Origin: Eledone cirrhosa
Lineage: Eukaryota
NCBI GenBank assembly: GCA_964016885.1
Contig: OZ024742.1
Span: forward strand, 134,106,001 to 134,170,000
Direction of reading: 5' to 3'
DNA length: 64,000 bases
The notes under the pieces were generated by a model. That model worked only from the letters and a program-made list of their open reading frames with translations. It did no database searches and was not told the origin of the DNA. Positions 26,600 to 40,795 of the stretch are shown one piece after another (within the stretch, counting starts at the first letter, position 1; each line of letters begins with the position of its first letter). A program made the translations under genes and the position numbers.

Positions 26600-27263
26600 C
26601 GTGTGTAAGTTGCTCAAGCGCACGTGTGTGTGCATTTGAGGGACTGAGTGTGTATGTAAGTGAATATTTATAGGTTGTATATAGATACGTAAATGTATCA
26701 CTTGGCATATACAAAGTCTTTAATGTTCAAAAGATGTAAGAAAACGGTGGTATCGTTTTCTTGCTCCTTTCCCCTTTCTTGAGAAAACTTCAGAGGTTAT
26801 GACATTTCATCAAAGACTTATACAGAACGGCAAAATGCGAACTCTTATTTGCCTGAATGAAAGAAATCGTTTTGATGTAGTTTATATTTCGTTTCCTCTA
26901 CAAAAAAAATAGTTATGTAGAATTTCTGTCGATGATTTTCAATAATCAAAGATTTACTAAGTTATGTTGTTATAGAAATAAAGGTATTGTTGAGATCATT
27001 TCTGATATCAGGTAAACACTTTTGATAATGGTGCTACCTTTGCTTCTATATGTAGAAACAGGTGAATATGGATTTTAGAAATGTGGTAAGAATATTTATC
27101 AATGAAAGGAAAGGATAGTATTCAGTATTTGAGGTCTTACTGTCGCCTTTACAGCGGCACTTTTTGTTGTTTTGCTAATAATTGGACATAGCAAGGATGT
27201 ATATTATAAATGTGTAGCATGCACACATCATGAAGTCACATGTAATCGTGTGTGCACCCAACA

Positions 27264-27319
<56 letters not shown>

Positions 27320-27371
27320 ATGTGTGTATGTGTATGTGTGTGTGTGTATGTGTGTGTATGTGTGTGTGTGT

Positions 27372-27410
<39 letters not shown>

Positions 27411-28079
27411 TGTGTGTGTGAGTGAGTCTTTAAGTTTGCTTGAAGTATTGTTGAATATGAAAACTGGCCGTTTTAGAGGCCTCTACAATGCAGATAGATA
27501 AATCTCCGGGTTACAATATCAGGTGGTAGTAGGAAGAGAAATGTGACAATAAATGTGAAATGAAATGTGGACCAGGCTATGCAGTTGCCTTGGAACATAT
27601 TTATTATTCCTTATATTTCGGATTTCACATCCATTGTCGGGGCATTCGGAAGAAAAATTGGAGATTTATCGGAAAGGAATCTACGTAGCCAATTGTTGCA
27701 AGTGTAGGTGTCACACATATTGTCATACGCAAACGAATATTCACTATCCGGCGAGTGCACTTGAAATCGGTGCGGTTATTCAGAATTCGTTAAAGTTAGT
27801 AATCGCCACTAAAGCGTGTGATGAGTGTCGTATGGCAGGGTTTGCTCGCAAGCGCCAGTGTTGTTTTCCTCTTGCATTCTAGTAGTGATTCTTGTTGATG
27901 TGTTAGGTAGGTGGGTGAAACGTTGTTGAGAGGTGCAGCATAGCAGCAGAACCTCTTTGTATGTTTGTCTGTTTGCATTCTGGTAAGTGGGCGAAATATA
28001 CATTAACATTCATTGGCTCTTCAGTTCAAGTATACATAACTGTACCAAGAATCTAATGCAGTTTCTAATATTATACCAC

Positions 28080-28990
28080 CTAGGACAAGACAGAACGACT
28101 AACGCACGTTCAAAAGCTTTTACTGAATCCCTCAAAGAAGAGACAGTATTTCAGGAGATTTTAGAAATACTTTCCATAATATTAAGTAAGTTCAAATCTC
28201 TTACTAATAGTGTACATAAAATGGAACAACACACATGCAGCTACGGGGAAAGATTGATTCTCTAATTGCCGCTCGCCAGAAACACAAACAAAATCTGCCC
28301 CTTAAACGCCGTATGCAATGCTTTCAAAGAATTGAATAAATTTAATCTGCAAAAAAAAAAAAGAGCTTTGGAAAAAAATCAACTGAAAAAACCTTCGAAC
28401 CAGTTACTAAATCAAAGAAAACAGGCACACAGGAAAGCCTTGAGGGTTAAAAACCTAGCGGAAACATAACAGATATGGCGAAGTAAGGAACATGTTATAC
28501 TCCCGAGAGAATTCTGAATTAAAGAAGTAACATGGGAGCCAAACGAATAAACAAAACAATTAGGTTGAATCTAGCACTCCAGAATCTTCAGGCTGAAGTC
28601 ACCCTTCTTCGAAGGAGAATACCATAATGCAACAATAAATCCGAATAGTGCAACTCCACCAATCGAGTTAGAACTATTGAAGACCAATACAACCAGAGAG
28701 GAATGAAAATCGAAGAGTATTTTAGAATTAAACACACTATGGCTATAAGAATATGAAAAAAAAACCACAATGGCAAAGACCAAATAAAATCCAGAAAACA
28801 AGCCCACAAGTAAACCAAACATTTTGGTAAGAAATGAAAAATTCTCAGGCAGTAAACAAGCATCAACCATACATCACTGAATCCCAAACGCGAAATTATA
28901 AACATACTTAATATTAAAAAACAGAACAAGATATAAACCCTATCAAAGCTCCAATAACAACTACAAGAAGGAAAATGAAAAACATATGAA
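28080..28990 (+). pseudogene. Decayed coiled-coil ORF, probably the N-terminal region of a non-LTR retrotransposon
   Basis: Long stop-interrupted single frame (LLNQRKQAHRKALR..LAET*QIW..VILPREF..WEP). Family assignment is from recollection only. Confidence 0.3.
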
Positions 28991-29000
28991 GACCGAACGG

Positions 29001-29115
<115 letters not shown>

Positions 29116-29189
29116 CGCTTTCCCTTAAATTTGGCAACATTTTTGACCTGCAAACCTTCTGGTGGCAAGGCTGTAAAAGAACAGAAATT

Positions 29190-29900
29190 GCCATCCCTTT
29201 AATCGCAAGAATGTCTTGAAAATATTGACAGTGCCATATATTGGGGTCATTTTTAATGTATGAAGTAGGGAGCTGCGCTCTTTGTCCACACATCCAAATT
29301 CAGTCATACTTCGGTACCAGCCGGTTGGTATATGACATTTAGCTCCAATAATAATGGGTATGAAGCTGAAGGTGTATATTGGATTCTGTATCTCTACAAT
29401 AGAACACGTTCTCAATGTATGGTCCGAAACAACAATATCAGGCCGGTTGAGCGTCAAGTTTGAGCATATTTTTATATTCAGCTTCCACCAGTATTTTTTG
29501 GTGTCATCTATCTAAATATATTCCTCCTCATTTGTTTTTAATTTAATTTTCCTTAGTGCGTTGCAGATAGTTCTAGCCATCACATAGCGTCTCATAGGGA
29601 GGTAGTAACGAGACGACATTCTTCCACAGTTGTCAATAATGTGCCTAACATGTTTGATGTTTGTCGACTGATGGCCCTCCTCTTTTGTGTAGAATATACT
29701 AGGTAGGGATTTCTTGTTCCTGAATTGCATGGAGATATTCTTGAACGTGGGATGTTATGAGCTTGTCGCAACACCATGCCAGGTTTTTTAATGACATATC
29801 CCCTCTATGGTCTGCATTTTTTCCTCTCAGGTAACGGTGCGCAAATTTCACTGTAAATTGGTCCATCTTTTATCGTTTTCGGACATTGAATAAGATCTTC
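29190..29900 (-). mobile_element. 3' fragment of an RLE-type LINE (R4/Dong-like)
   Basis: HIIDNCGRMSSRYYLPMR (zinc knuckle remnant), then NRPDIVV..CSIVEI..IPIIIGA..GTVNIFKTFL. Confidence 0.75.
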
Positions 29901-30112
29901 CAATGTTCCTGGGAGAGGCGATTTATATCAGGCCTTATTCCATGTCTCTCCTCCAGATCAGTGGCTATTCTAATGATATTATTTCCTTCATGCTCATAAA
30001 TCTGGGCAAGATGGTTGCTGGTATATATGTACGTATGTATGTATTTATGTATGTATGTATGTATGTATGTATGTATGTATGTATGTATGTATGTATGTAT
30101 GTATGTGATTTT

Positions 30113-30608
30113 GGATGGCCATGACTCTTAAGAGCTCTTTGCCCTTTGACAGGTTTTGTTTTTAGTCCTGCAGGATGTCCAAAGTCACCCTCCTCACCGG
30201 GAGAGATGATCCCTTAGCCTTTGTCAAGGCCGAATTCTAAGAGAAGGAAAACTCTGATATAAAACCTGCAACCCAGATGGTATCCAATGATGTTGCCTTG
30301 TTCTTCTTTTTGGTAAATATCATGTTGGTTAAGAGAGTGGGACTGGCTTTGTGTAGTGCCTTTGCTCACTATAAAAGCTTCACGGCACAGGCATTGCTTT
30401 ATATCTGGAGATCTCTCTGCACTTGTCGTCACATGGTACCATGGGCCCAGCACTATGTGTCAATAATTGTCACAAATGTAGTGTTTTTTAACAGAGTTTT
30501 AAAGTCGCTGGCTGGACTAAAATGTCACACTCGTTCAGCGCATCGGTAGGTGTTCTCTTACATGGAAATAAAGTAGTGGCCGTACTCGAAAACGAGTTGG
30601 CAGCCACT
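30113..30608 (+). mobile_element. Non-autonomous internally deleted RTE derivative with inverted 5' tip
   Basis: 30195-30424 = RTE 5' UTR (rc of 53255-53482). 30427-30608 = RTE 3' end (rc of 49653-49832). 30113-30198 matches 53488-53563 in the opposite relative orientation. (TATG)n flanks. Confidence 0.85.
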
Positions 30609-31029
30609 ATGTATGTATGTATGTAATCATGTCAGTATTTGTGCATGAAATATGTATATGCGTGTATGTGTATTTAAATAGTACTGAATAGAAAATGGGT
30701 TATCTTCCGCTGATTAAGTTTTCACAGGTAGAGACGTACTCCATTCAAGCCTCTTTTCTTGTTTGGATTAACTTAGTTGCTTTGTACAATGATACATGGT
30801 CAGGTGCGTTTTCAATATAAATATTTTGGATTAGTTATTATTCCACCCGCTCACACTAAAACATGATCGAGTAGAGAAATAGATCACCAGTTTCAGGCTG
30901 TTGTATATCCACCGAAAATATATGCTTAGTCAGAAAACACAGTGGATGTCTGTTGTCCAATGAGCTGCTCGCTGGATTGAACTTAGAACTATAGAATTAT
31001 TGAGTCACACACATATATCTGAAACTACA

Positions 31030-33200
31030 TACACACACAAACAAAAGTTACATTTATATGCTTTTCTATGCACCGGTTCTACTATATGGTTTTGCATATG
31101 TATGGGTTGTGAATTGGGTTTGTTGATGCATTGTGGTGGTGTGCTCTGGCGTGTATTTAGTTGCGGTGATGTTATATGTTTATGGTTTGTATTTGGTGTC
31201 ACGGTACCTATTTGCGGGCTACTTGATTTAAGAATTCTTTTATAGTTAATTTTATGAATGTGCGATTCTATGTTGTTGGCAGTGGAGTATGATAGTTTGA
31301 TAGTTTTTCTATTTAAAGATTTTATGATATTTATGAACTTTAAGGAAGTGTTTTTCAACTAATTTGAAGAAAGTGTAAGGTAGCTTAGTTTTTATAGAGG
31401 AGTTAAACATTGGATTAAACCATAAGTAGTTTCTATTTCTGCATCTTCTATGGTTATTAGTGATTTCTATATTAGCATTCTGTTCCTTTAAATAATGTGT
31501 TTGTTTCCAATATCTATGTTTATTCCTAGGTTTGTTGTTTCTATAGGTGTGGATAGTGTTATTAATATTGTGTGTTGCTATTTTTTGTATCTGGTATGTA
31601 TTTGAGTCGCTCTTTATGGCCTGCCTTAACTAAAGCTATGTTATAGTAGCTAGCGTGTTGTTTAAAAATGTCCAGCCTACAAGATAGTATATTCCTTAGG
31701 ATCTCGTGCCTATGTGCAGATGCCTAGAGGCAAGTATAGTATAACTATGTAGTATACAACAGGTAGCTTGGCATGGTATTACATTGGTTCCACAGCTGGT
31801 GAATTTAAGAAAGGATGGTACGTACATCGACACTCTATGTCTAACAATAATCTCTCGAATACAACAACTCTCGCCAATAAAATCTGGCAACTCAAGAATG
31901 CAAGCATAGAATATGAAATCAGCTGGACAAAACTATCATAAGCAAGGGCCTATCAAATTGGTATGACCCACTGCAGTCTCTGTAATATGGAACTCTTCCA
32001 AATTCTCAATTTCAACTAAATTCTTCTTAACAGCAAAATTGAACGAATTATTTTTTGTCGGCATAAATCAGCAAAGAAATTCGAGAACTTTAGACCAGCT
32101 TAATTCCATCTTATCTATTCCATAACCCTGATTGTACCACTTGGATCTACTATGATATCACATTATCAGCAGCATCATTACCATTAGAATTATCAAAGAA
32201 CAGCATCTAATCCTCTTATATTTACATTCTTATTTTATATATCTCTATCTTTCACTCTCTATCATTGCATGTCTTTCCCTAAACTTATTTCATCGCGGTC
32301 ATTTATCTTATCATATAATATATCTTAAAACTAGTTAATTAATTTACTTATTAATATAACCTATACACACATGCATATATTTAACATTATCATATTTTCA
32401 ACTTAATATCTATCCATATATTTAACAATTCTCAAAAACTATTCTCAATAATCTTAACTTGTTTAAATATTCTCCGTACATTTTTATTTATTTTACATAT
32501 ATTCTTTTTATTTATTTTCATCTTCACTTATCACATATTATACCATTTTATATTACATTAGATGTAATCTGTTTATTTATTTATTTTTTTTTTCTATCTA
32601 TCAATTTTTTCTATATTTTTTCTATACTTTTTCATTTATTTCCTCATATATTTCTATATATCTATATTTATATTTATTTACATTTACTCACATATTAACG
32701 TTTATTGATCTATTTGCCCCTCTACCTTTTCACTCTATCCTAGTTCTACTCGTGTTTGTCTATCATATTCATCTATCATATTCTTCTCTCTATCCTACGA
32801 TATATCTACTTGTGTTCGCCTATCATACATCTTAATTTTAGCTATAATATTATCCCCTTTTCTTTTTCTTTCGCTATTTCTTTTTCATTCTTCTTCTTTC
32901 TTCTTCCTTTCCCTTCTCTCTTTACTATATCTATCTCCCTTCCTTTTTTTTCTCTCTATATCTTTATTATTAATATTATTATTGATGTTGTAATTTGAAT
33001 TTGTAAATTTGCCGGGTGCATGTATATTTTTTAACGGTGTCTGAAGATATGATAAGGAGACAACATGTATTTTAAATTGAGAGGAACTACTTTCAGTGTT
33101 TAGCAATTTTTAGACAAACTATTAGTGAAACAATTGTTAGACTGTAAATAAATCTCCTTTTTTTGTACTGTTGACCATGTTATTCTCCAGTTTTTCAATT
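31030..33200. mobile_element. 5'-truncated PLE with internal inversion
   Basis: Minus 31690-31030: YYNIAL.KAG...LWFNP...LNRKTIKLSYST. Plus 31720-32103: WQLKNASIEYEISW...CSLCNME...LLNSK...CRHK, then AT-rich 3' UTR with a hammerhead-like motif. Confidence 0.8.
33034..33146 (+). ncRNA. Hammerhead-like motif with long stem II insertion
   Basis: acggt gt CTGAAGA ~80 nt GAAA caattg TT ag actgt. Palindromic stem III, imperfect stem I. Lies at the PLE 3' end. Confidence 0.5.
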
Positions 33201-33206
33201 ATATAT

Positions 33207-33261
<55 letters not shown>

Positions 33262-33325
33262 TATATATATAATTATAATGAAATGACAGGAGGCTGGATT
33301 TGTGTAAATCCTTGAAAGGTTTATT

Positions 33326-33383
33326 ATACTATGATCATTTCAATTACCGGGTTCCGTATGAATCCGGTGATATCATCAGGTAT
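33326..33383 (-). ncRNA. Type I hammerhead ribozyme in a solo repeat (33289-33487) of the 145-2478 family
   Basis: Minus: atac CTGATGA tatc accggattc atacg gaacccggt aatt GAAA tgatca TA gtat. Perfect TGATCA palindrome. Confidence 0.85.
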
Positions 33384-33484
33384 TCGAAATATAATACGTG
33401 AATGTAATAGTTAAAATCCATGGGGCTGAAAATCGAGGACCCGAAGGCGACCGCTATCCTGCACCCTCTACCTTAGCCGGTCGC

Positions 33485-33529
<45 letters not shown>

Positions 33530-33926
33530 GAAGGCACATGGCTTAGTGACTAGAGCAGTAGGCTTTCAATCAAAATGTTGAGTTCAATTCTCGGACCGGG
33601 TGATGTGTTGTTTCCTTGAGCAAGACACTTTACTTCACGTTGCTCCAATTTACTCAGGTGAAAATGAGTACCAGCAATAGCTGGAGGTCTAACCCTGCGA
33701 TGGACTGGCATCCTGTCCAGGGAGGAGTGTTGTACTATCAGTCGCTTCCTGTCATGAAACCGGGATAAGCACCGGCCAAATGAGCCTTCTGGCTTAAGAC
33801 AGACTTTAGAATTACGGCCTGCCCGCCCAGCCAGCGGGATGGCGTCATCGTATGGCTAAAACAGCACAACGTGTTGTGACCAGCGGCGCCGAATAGACGC
33901 CCGACAGACTGGTCGGTCAAAGTGAT
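33530..33926 (+). mobile_element. tRNA-derived SINE with conserved central domain (second family)
   Basis: A box tggcttagtg, B box gttcaattc, tccttgagcaagacactt and accctgcgatggactggcatcctgtccaggg blocks typical of metazoan SINE central domains, 3' hairpin. Confidence 0.82.
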
Positions 33927-34749
33927 ATATATAGATAGATATAAACGAACACACATGCACCGACGTACACACGCTTTTATCATGAAATATATAATATATA
34001 CTATACATTTACAAACTTATCTTATATGTGTATTTAGATATATATGAGAAACTATTCCTTTAAATATATGTTCTGTAGGTTTATGAACCATTATAAAAAT
34101 AATTTCAAAGAAACAACATTGATCCCAAATTAGTTTTCTTTCTTTACGCCTCTTCAATAATTTTAGACTTTAGCCAGAGAAATTCGATATATATTCTTTA
34201 AATTTCCCACATATTATAATGAAAATCAACCATCCTATAACCCACCCTCCATTCAGTAATACTGCTATAAAATACAACTTCATTTACAACCGCATTACTA
34301 CAACTAGAACCATATCCGTGACGGAACCTGGCTTCAGCCATTAACATTGATTCTTCTTTGTTCGATGCCAACGTTCTGAGTGAAGGATTGGTTGGGAAGG
34401 ATAATCAAAGAAAAACGAACAATCATTGGTTTTCCTTTCAACTATGTGATTCGTTACTTTATATTACAAATGTTTATTCGGTAGTGTGCGCAACTTAGTA
34501 AAGGCAAACAAACGATGCTTTTGTGTTTGCCAACGATTTTTCCATGCCAATTTAAGATGTGATCGATGTGGTAGCTTTAAATGACTTTTTCAGTCTCTTA
34601 GTAGAAGAAACCATATATGTGTGCACAATAACCACAGACATAAGCACGCACATAAAATTAATGAAACATATACACAGGCACCCACATTCAACAGTGCGTG
34701 TTCACCCTCACGTGCACATAATAATGTTTGAAAAGAACGTATAATAATG

Positions 34750-34802
<53 letters not shown>

Positions 34803-34904
34803 AGATAGAGAGAGAGAGACGTAGAGATAGAGAGAGAGAGATAGAGATAGAGATAGAGAGAGAAAGAGTGAGTGAGAGATAGATAGATAGGGAGATAGAG
34901 AGAG

Positions 34905-34946
<42 letters not shown>

Positions 34947-36579
34947 TAGAAATTGGGTGGATATATTTGGTGTGTCTATATATTTTTGCAACATGACTGT
35001 GACTATTATCTTATACAAAATGTTAACATAGCTGTTCAAAAATCTGGTCACCAATGAGTGTTCTCCGATTATATTATCATAAACTTTCTGAAGCCCCAAA
35101 TAATTATAGATATCATTTTTACACTTTCTTCGGGGTTTTGAATTTACTCCAGTCATGTCAATACCGGAGGAGAATTCGAGTTGAAATTCATGTCAATTTT
35201 TGCAGAATAACCGCAATGTGTAGATAATTATGTTGTAGTAAATATATTATCCTGTTTAAACATCGTAAGAAGAGGAAATGATGGTGAAATGTTCATTTCA
35301 TGTGATTTGTTTTCGCATACTTTCATAAAAAAAACCTCATATTTCTTAAGAAGTGAAATCATCATTCACATCCTTCAAGTAATATCCGGGTGTGTGTCAT
35401 TGTATCAAAGTCGCTCACATTTTCATAACAATTCCCGGCCAAATATATTTGGTAAATATAGGTGCATTTAAGCCTGATCATGAAAGGATACTTATGATGT
35501 TATTATTATGACAAATCTAGGCGAAAGGTTTTCAACCATGTTCTGTACAATATATATATTATCTGATAATTACCAACAACAAGTATAGGCATGCATACGA
35601 TAGCATTTATAATCGTAAATTGGTTAGTTTACTAATTTATTCTTCTAACTAGACACTTGTATCAATCTAATAACTAGAATCCTTGAAAGATCCACAAACC
35701 TATCAGAAATTGGGAACCATCAAACGTATACTCTGACGACCTAGTGGCCAAGAATGTGACAGTGACAAAGGTATTGAGGATGTGGGGTTACATACCAGCA
35801 CCAATTGTTTAGCATTGTCCAAATAGTGTTAGATCATTAGTTTTCCAAATTGTTAATAGGTTGAAATGGCAAGAAGTAACACGGATACCAGGAACCCATA
35901 GAAGGCGATATAAAATCAACTAATGTAACTATTCTAAAGCATATATTTGATATGTATCTGTGAAATGTTAATGGATTTGGAAGCTTACTTCGAATATTTC
36001 AAAGTAATCTTAAAGATGATGATGGCCGTAAGAGATGTCAAATAATGTAAGCCCTTCAATGCTAAGAATTCAAAGTTCGGTTGCGTTTCAATACGCATGT
36101 TCACATCAGTAACGTTTTACACATATTTCATACATATATTAATATATATTTATGTATTAATTTATTTTACATGTTGCTATTAATTTTATAGACCAATGAC
36201 AAAAGTTTACTAACGAGTCATATTCTTCTTTAAAATAATAAGAATATCTTTTGACTTTATTAGCATACTGTCATTTGCAGGTCAATTTAACAGGTCCAAA
36301 CTATATTGTGAGCTTTTAGATTTGGATGTTACAAGGTCCAGTTTATGATAGAGATATACCCCCCGCACTATTTATCAGGCATGAAAATTAGATGAAATCT
36401 AGAGACTTATATAATATGTGACGGATGTAACTGTAGCAATCATATCCCTTATGCGATGGTTTTGGTGCCATAAGATTTTTGAATAAATGTCTTATTATAT
36501 GCTGAATATTAAAACTTTATTTAACACAGCTATATTTCCTGTGAGGAAAATAATATACCTTATTACTATAAAATACAAC

Positions 36580-37050
36580 TTAATGTTTAATACACCATTC
36601 ACTCCGAGAAAATATTATCAAACATAATTTGAACAGGCTTTGTTTAGTTTGAATTAAAGTTTTGCAATTAGATTTCATGTTTATTGCTAGTTACAAGTGA
36701 GCAGATTTGACAGTGTTAAATGAAGCAGATACCCAGACGGAATCAAACGACGTTTATCACACTGAAGCATCAAAAGATTATATTTCCGCAAGAATGAAAC
36801 GAACAAAATGAATTCTTTAGAAGACATCGTAACTTTTATCCACTACGAATCAAATACAGTCAAAGAGCGTGACATTATCATAGGAAGATCCTCATCACCT
36901 CATTTATAAATAACACGTGAAATTCCAACATACCTATCTTCAGTCCAAGTTACTGATACGTTTAATTTCACCAGCCCACGACCAAAAACATAAGTACGAT
37001 CATTTCTAGCAGTAGATTGTTATCAACATATATGTTCGAGTGAGGGCAAA
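36580..37050 (+). pseudogene. CSGALNACT-like pseudogene fragment
   Basis: FTPRKYYQ (cf. FTLQKVYQ), LTVLNEADTQ..ISARMKRTK, KSVTL, LIRLISPAHDQKHKYDHF*Q (cf. [20 protein letters not shown]). Multiple stops. Nucleotide homology to 38870-39060 (-). Confidence 0.55.
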
Positions 37051-37182
37051 CATTATCGAGCCCTAAATATCTACAATTTCATACCTGTATACATACATGC
37101 GCTTGACGTGACCCACGCACGCACGCAAACATTCTCTCTCTCCCTCTCTCGCTCTCCCCCTCTCTCACTCTCTTCCTGTATG

Positions 37183-37294
<112 letters not shown>

Positions 37295-37982
37295 TAACAG
37301 ATTAAAGTTTAAGCAAAGAATCGCTGCTTTCACCCTTTGGATTTTAGTCTTCACATTTATTATTACTATATATATATATACACACACACACATATATATA
37401 TAAATTATTTTTATTGCCACCGTTTGAACCCGAGATAAACATATATATATATACATATATATATATACATATATATATATGTACACAATATTCTTACGGC
37501 ACAATCAACGTGGCGAAACGAAGCATAGTAAGCATAAATACATTTAAAAGCTATCTCAATTTTTCTTTCATTAGAATTAGCTAATTCAAATACTTGATTA
37601 TACTGCGTTTTCGAACGATAAGAAAAGTAAAATTTACCATAATCTAAGTGTTTAGTCAACAAATTAACACAATTCGTCATAACCAGTAAGCTTTCTTACG
37701 TTATATAAATATACATAATCAATGCAAGGGAGTTAGACCGACCTTACATTTATTGTTATCAAATTAGGGGAGAAAAATAAATTTACCTGCCAAAATGCAC
37801 ATATTCTAAAAATAAACGTGTCTTTTATTAGGGGGGGCGGTTACAGGTAGCTAGACCTATCATAGCATTGAAAGGGCTAGACGTTCAGAAGAGTGCTAAA
37901 AATAGCTCAACAATTGACCTGAAAACTACAACTGAAACATAAGTAACAAATTAAGGTACCCACCAATAGAAAATATATAGAT

Positions 37983-38053
<71 letters not shown>

Positions 38054-38165
38054 CTAGTATATATATATATATATATATATATAATTGACCCGTTATATTT
38101 ATCTAAATACATTTTTTCCAATTCTAACCCACCCATCCCCTCAATCTATCTTATTTCTTATTCTT

Positions 38166-38201
38166 TCTTCTGATGAAGGAATAGCATTCGAAATGTTAAG
38201 A
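38166..38201 (+). ncRNA. Minimal type I hammerhead ribozyme
   Basis: tctt CTGATGA ag gaat agc attc GAAA tg TT aaga. Confidence 0.7.
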
Positions 38202-38274
38202 CCCTCTTCATGCGTTACCCTAATGTATCCCTTCCACATACTGTACCGATTTTGTTGTTATTTCTGTTGACCTC

Positions 38275-38306
<32 letters not shown>

Positions 38307-38719
38307 TTATAGATATATAACAACCATCAATTCTGTATGGACAGTTATACTCGCTGACAATAATCTGGCATGAAGTAATGCAACACAGGAATAACGATTC
38401 AAATAGCTTAGGTCATCGCACTTACCACATAAGCCCGGTTGGTATTCACATTTGCGAACCGATGGAATACATCACCTCTGTTTTATTGTTTCTGGTTGTT
38501 TTCAATGAAAAACAAAATAAATGTTTTGTGCGTATAATGATGATCTACAATTCGTTACGACAATGATTACATGGTTTGCATTTCATGTATAACTCTTTAC
38601 CATGATTATTTTGATGATTACATAGTGTCTGTTTTAGTGATAATTGAAGGAATATGTATCAGTATATGTCGTTAACACTTTATCGCACGTGATTCAGAAA
38701 GAAAAAAAATGTTTATTGA

Positions 38720-39190
38720 ACGTAATTACGATGGCAATATTTCGATAGTGAACGACAGATGACAGTAAGGTTGTTTGAAGATTCTAATGATACTTGTGTT
38801 ATAGTTTCTAGTAGTATTGTTAATATTCGTAATGCCCATACGATAACTCCTCGGTCTGTGGTCTTTTTTGATACGTTGTGGATAATGAATAATAGAACTG
38901 ATATTTCGCATAGACTTCCTTTTGTTCGTTTCACTCTTGCGGAATTACATTCTCTTTGATGATGCAGTAAGATAAATTTCTTTTGATTCCGTCTGGTTAA
39001 TTGCTTGATTTAACCCTGTCAATACTTGCTCTCTTCTAACTGGTAATAAACATAAATTTTAATTGTAAAACTGATTCAATCTTCGCAAAAATGAAGGAAA
39101 ATATCTATCGACAATATTTCATTCAAATGAATGGCAACTTATGAACCAAATATGAAATATGTCTTTAAATGATTCATACTTTTTATCCAA
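38720..39190 (-). pseudogene. CSGALNACT-like pseudogene fragment, convergent paralog of 36580-37050
   Basis: RREQVLTGLNQAINQ (cf. KRDELVEAIESALET), RVKRTKGSLCEISV (cf. RTERDKGTLYELTF). Frameshifts present. Confidence 0.55.
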
Positions 39191-39509
39191 GAAACTGTTA
39201 CTATGTTCAATAATACCATAAAATTACATCTAATAAATTCATTTGATTGAAAGCAGCCTAGCATTTCAATCTAATTTTCAATCATACTTTCAGAAGTTAT
39301 TAAAGCTGCTTGGCTATACATGAATTCTGCGAGTTAATGAAAGAACCTAACCATATCTAGCAAATTCTTGCTTAATGTGTTAAAAAATATGAAGTCAAAT
39401 ATTATGAGGTTTCCATATATAAATATATATATACATATGTGCCCATGTGTGTTGGTGTGAGTGTGTGTGTGTGTTGGGGGGGGGGGTGTATATATATATA
39501 TATATATAT

Positions 39510-39680
39510 TAATAATAATAAATGTGAAGACTAAAATCCAAAGAGAGCTCGATAAGGATAAATATGTATCAAATATATAAGAACTCTAGAGCAAATATTT
39601 ATTAAAATAACAGATTAAAGTTTAAGCAAATGTGAAAGCACCGATTCTTCATTTAAACTTTAATCTGTTATTTTAATATT
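39510..39680 (+). repeat. Short dispersed repeat with terminal foldback (also 37289-37368, 53828-53940 rc, 62845-63050)
   Basis: Shared gaagactaaaa.ccaa.gag.gctcgataagga...agaa..gtagagcaaatatttattaaaataacagattaaagtttaagcaaa. Confidence 0.8.
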
Positions 39681-40335
39681 TATATATATGTGTATATATA
39701 TTAGAAAGTGAAGTTTTTTTACAAAATGAAAAATAACCGAGTGAAAGTATAAAGAAAAAAAGATGAAATCTAAAATGCAACTGGAGTCTTATTTTTTAAA
39801 AATATATATATATTTGACTATAGCACTGAGATAGCGTTTAAGCATAATAAGATGTATAAAAATGATACGTGTCAATAAAACAATAACAATAAAACTATAG
39901 GTTCCTCGCTATCAAAGAAAAATATTTTTTCGAAAAGAAAAGGTGTTTTAAATCACGATTGTAAGAAACGCTGGATATGCAACGCAGCGGTTATAAGATG
40001 TGTTATTAATTCGTCGGTGATTTACTATAGTCAATTTATAATTTTACTTCATTTATACATATATGATATGTTAAACATACGTTTTCATATGCATCGTTAT
40101 TATGCTTAGCCACGAGCTTAGTGAGATTTCTAATTATTTATAATCTGACAAGTTTGCACTTATATGCAATTGCACTATATGCAACTGAGCATCTCCGGCA
40201 AGTTTTCACCACCCAACGTTCCATGCAAACCCTAATCTATTTCGATGTCAGGACCGGATGAGGGCTTGTCACTGATGAAATATTAAGAAATCTTGAGAAA
40301 TAGTACTCACCGATATTGAGAAAATCCACACAGAC

Positions 40336-40366
<31 letters not shown>

Positions 40367-40376
40367 TACACACATA

Positions 40377-40471
<95 letters not shown>

Positions 40472-40472
<1 letters not shown>

Positions 40473-40795
40473 GCAACTTTACATGTGCATCTAAAAACCT
40501 AATCTATGTTTTGAACTGCTCAGGTTGTCAAGAACACTACATAGGACAGACAAAAAACACCCTCCGTCAATGTATGACCGCCCATACATCACAAATCATA
40601 ATACAGGAATGCAGAAAGATTTCGTTTAGTGAACATATCATCAATTGTGCAGCCAACCAACATCCAAACTTAAAAATTGTCCCCATTTACAAATTCATAG
40701 ACAACGCTACTTTCATCCATCGTACCAATAAGGAAACGTATTTCATTAACACATTCCAACCTCTACTCAATGCATTGAACTTCGGACTAAACTAA
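40472..40795 (+). pseudogene. PLE GIY-YIG endonuclease fragment (Neptune/Nematis-type CCHH)
   Basis: NFTCASKNLIYVLNCSGCQEHYIGQT..LRQ...H...EH...KETYFI...P.LN. 3' UTR runs to ~41400 with a decayed hammerhead at 41238-41274 (cat ttgataa t gcat aaaa atgc t GAAA ccag TA ata). Confidence 0.85.

Noticed and set aside
36700-36810. Cystatin-like reading (SNDVYH..ISAR)
   Set aside because: No QxVxG motif. Upstream and downstream motifs and the paralog fit CSGALNACT better.
40264-40310. CTGATGA...GAAA with a small hairpin
   Set aside because: No stem I complement after any UH. Likely chance.
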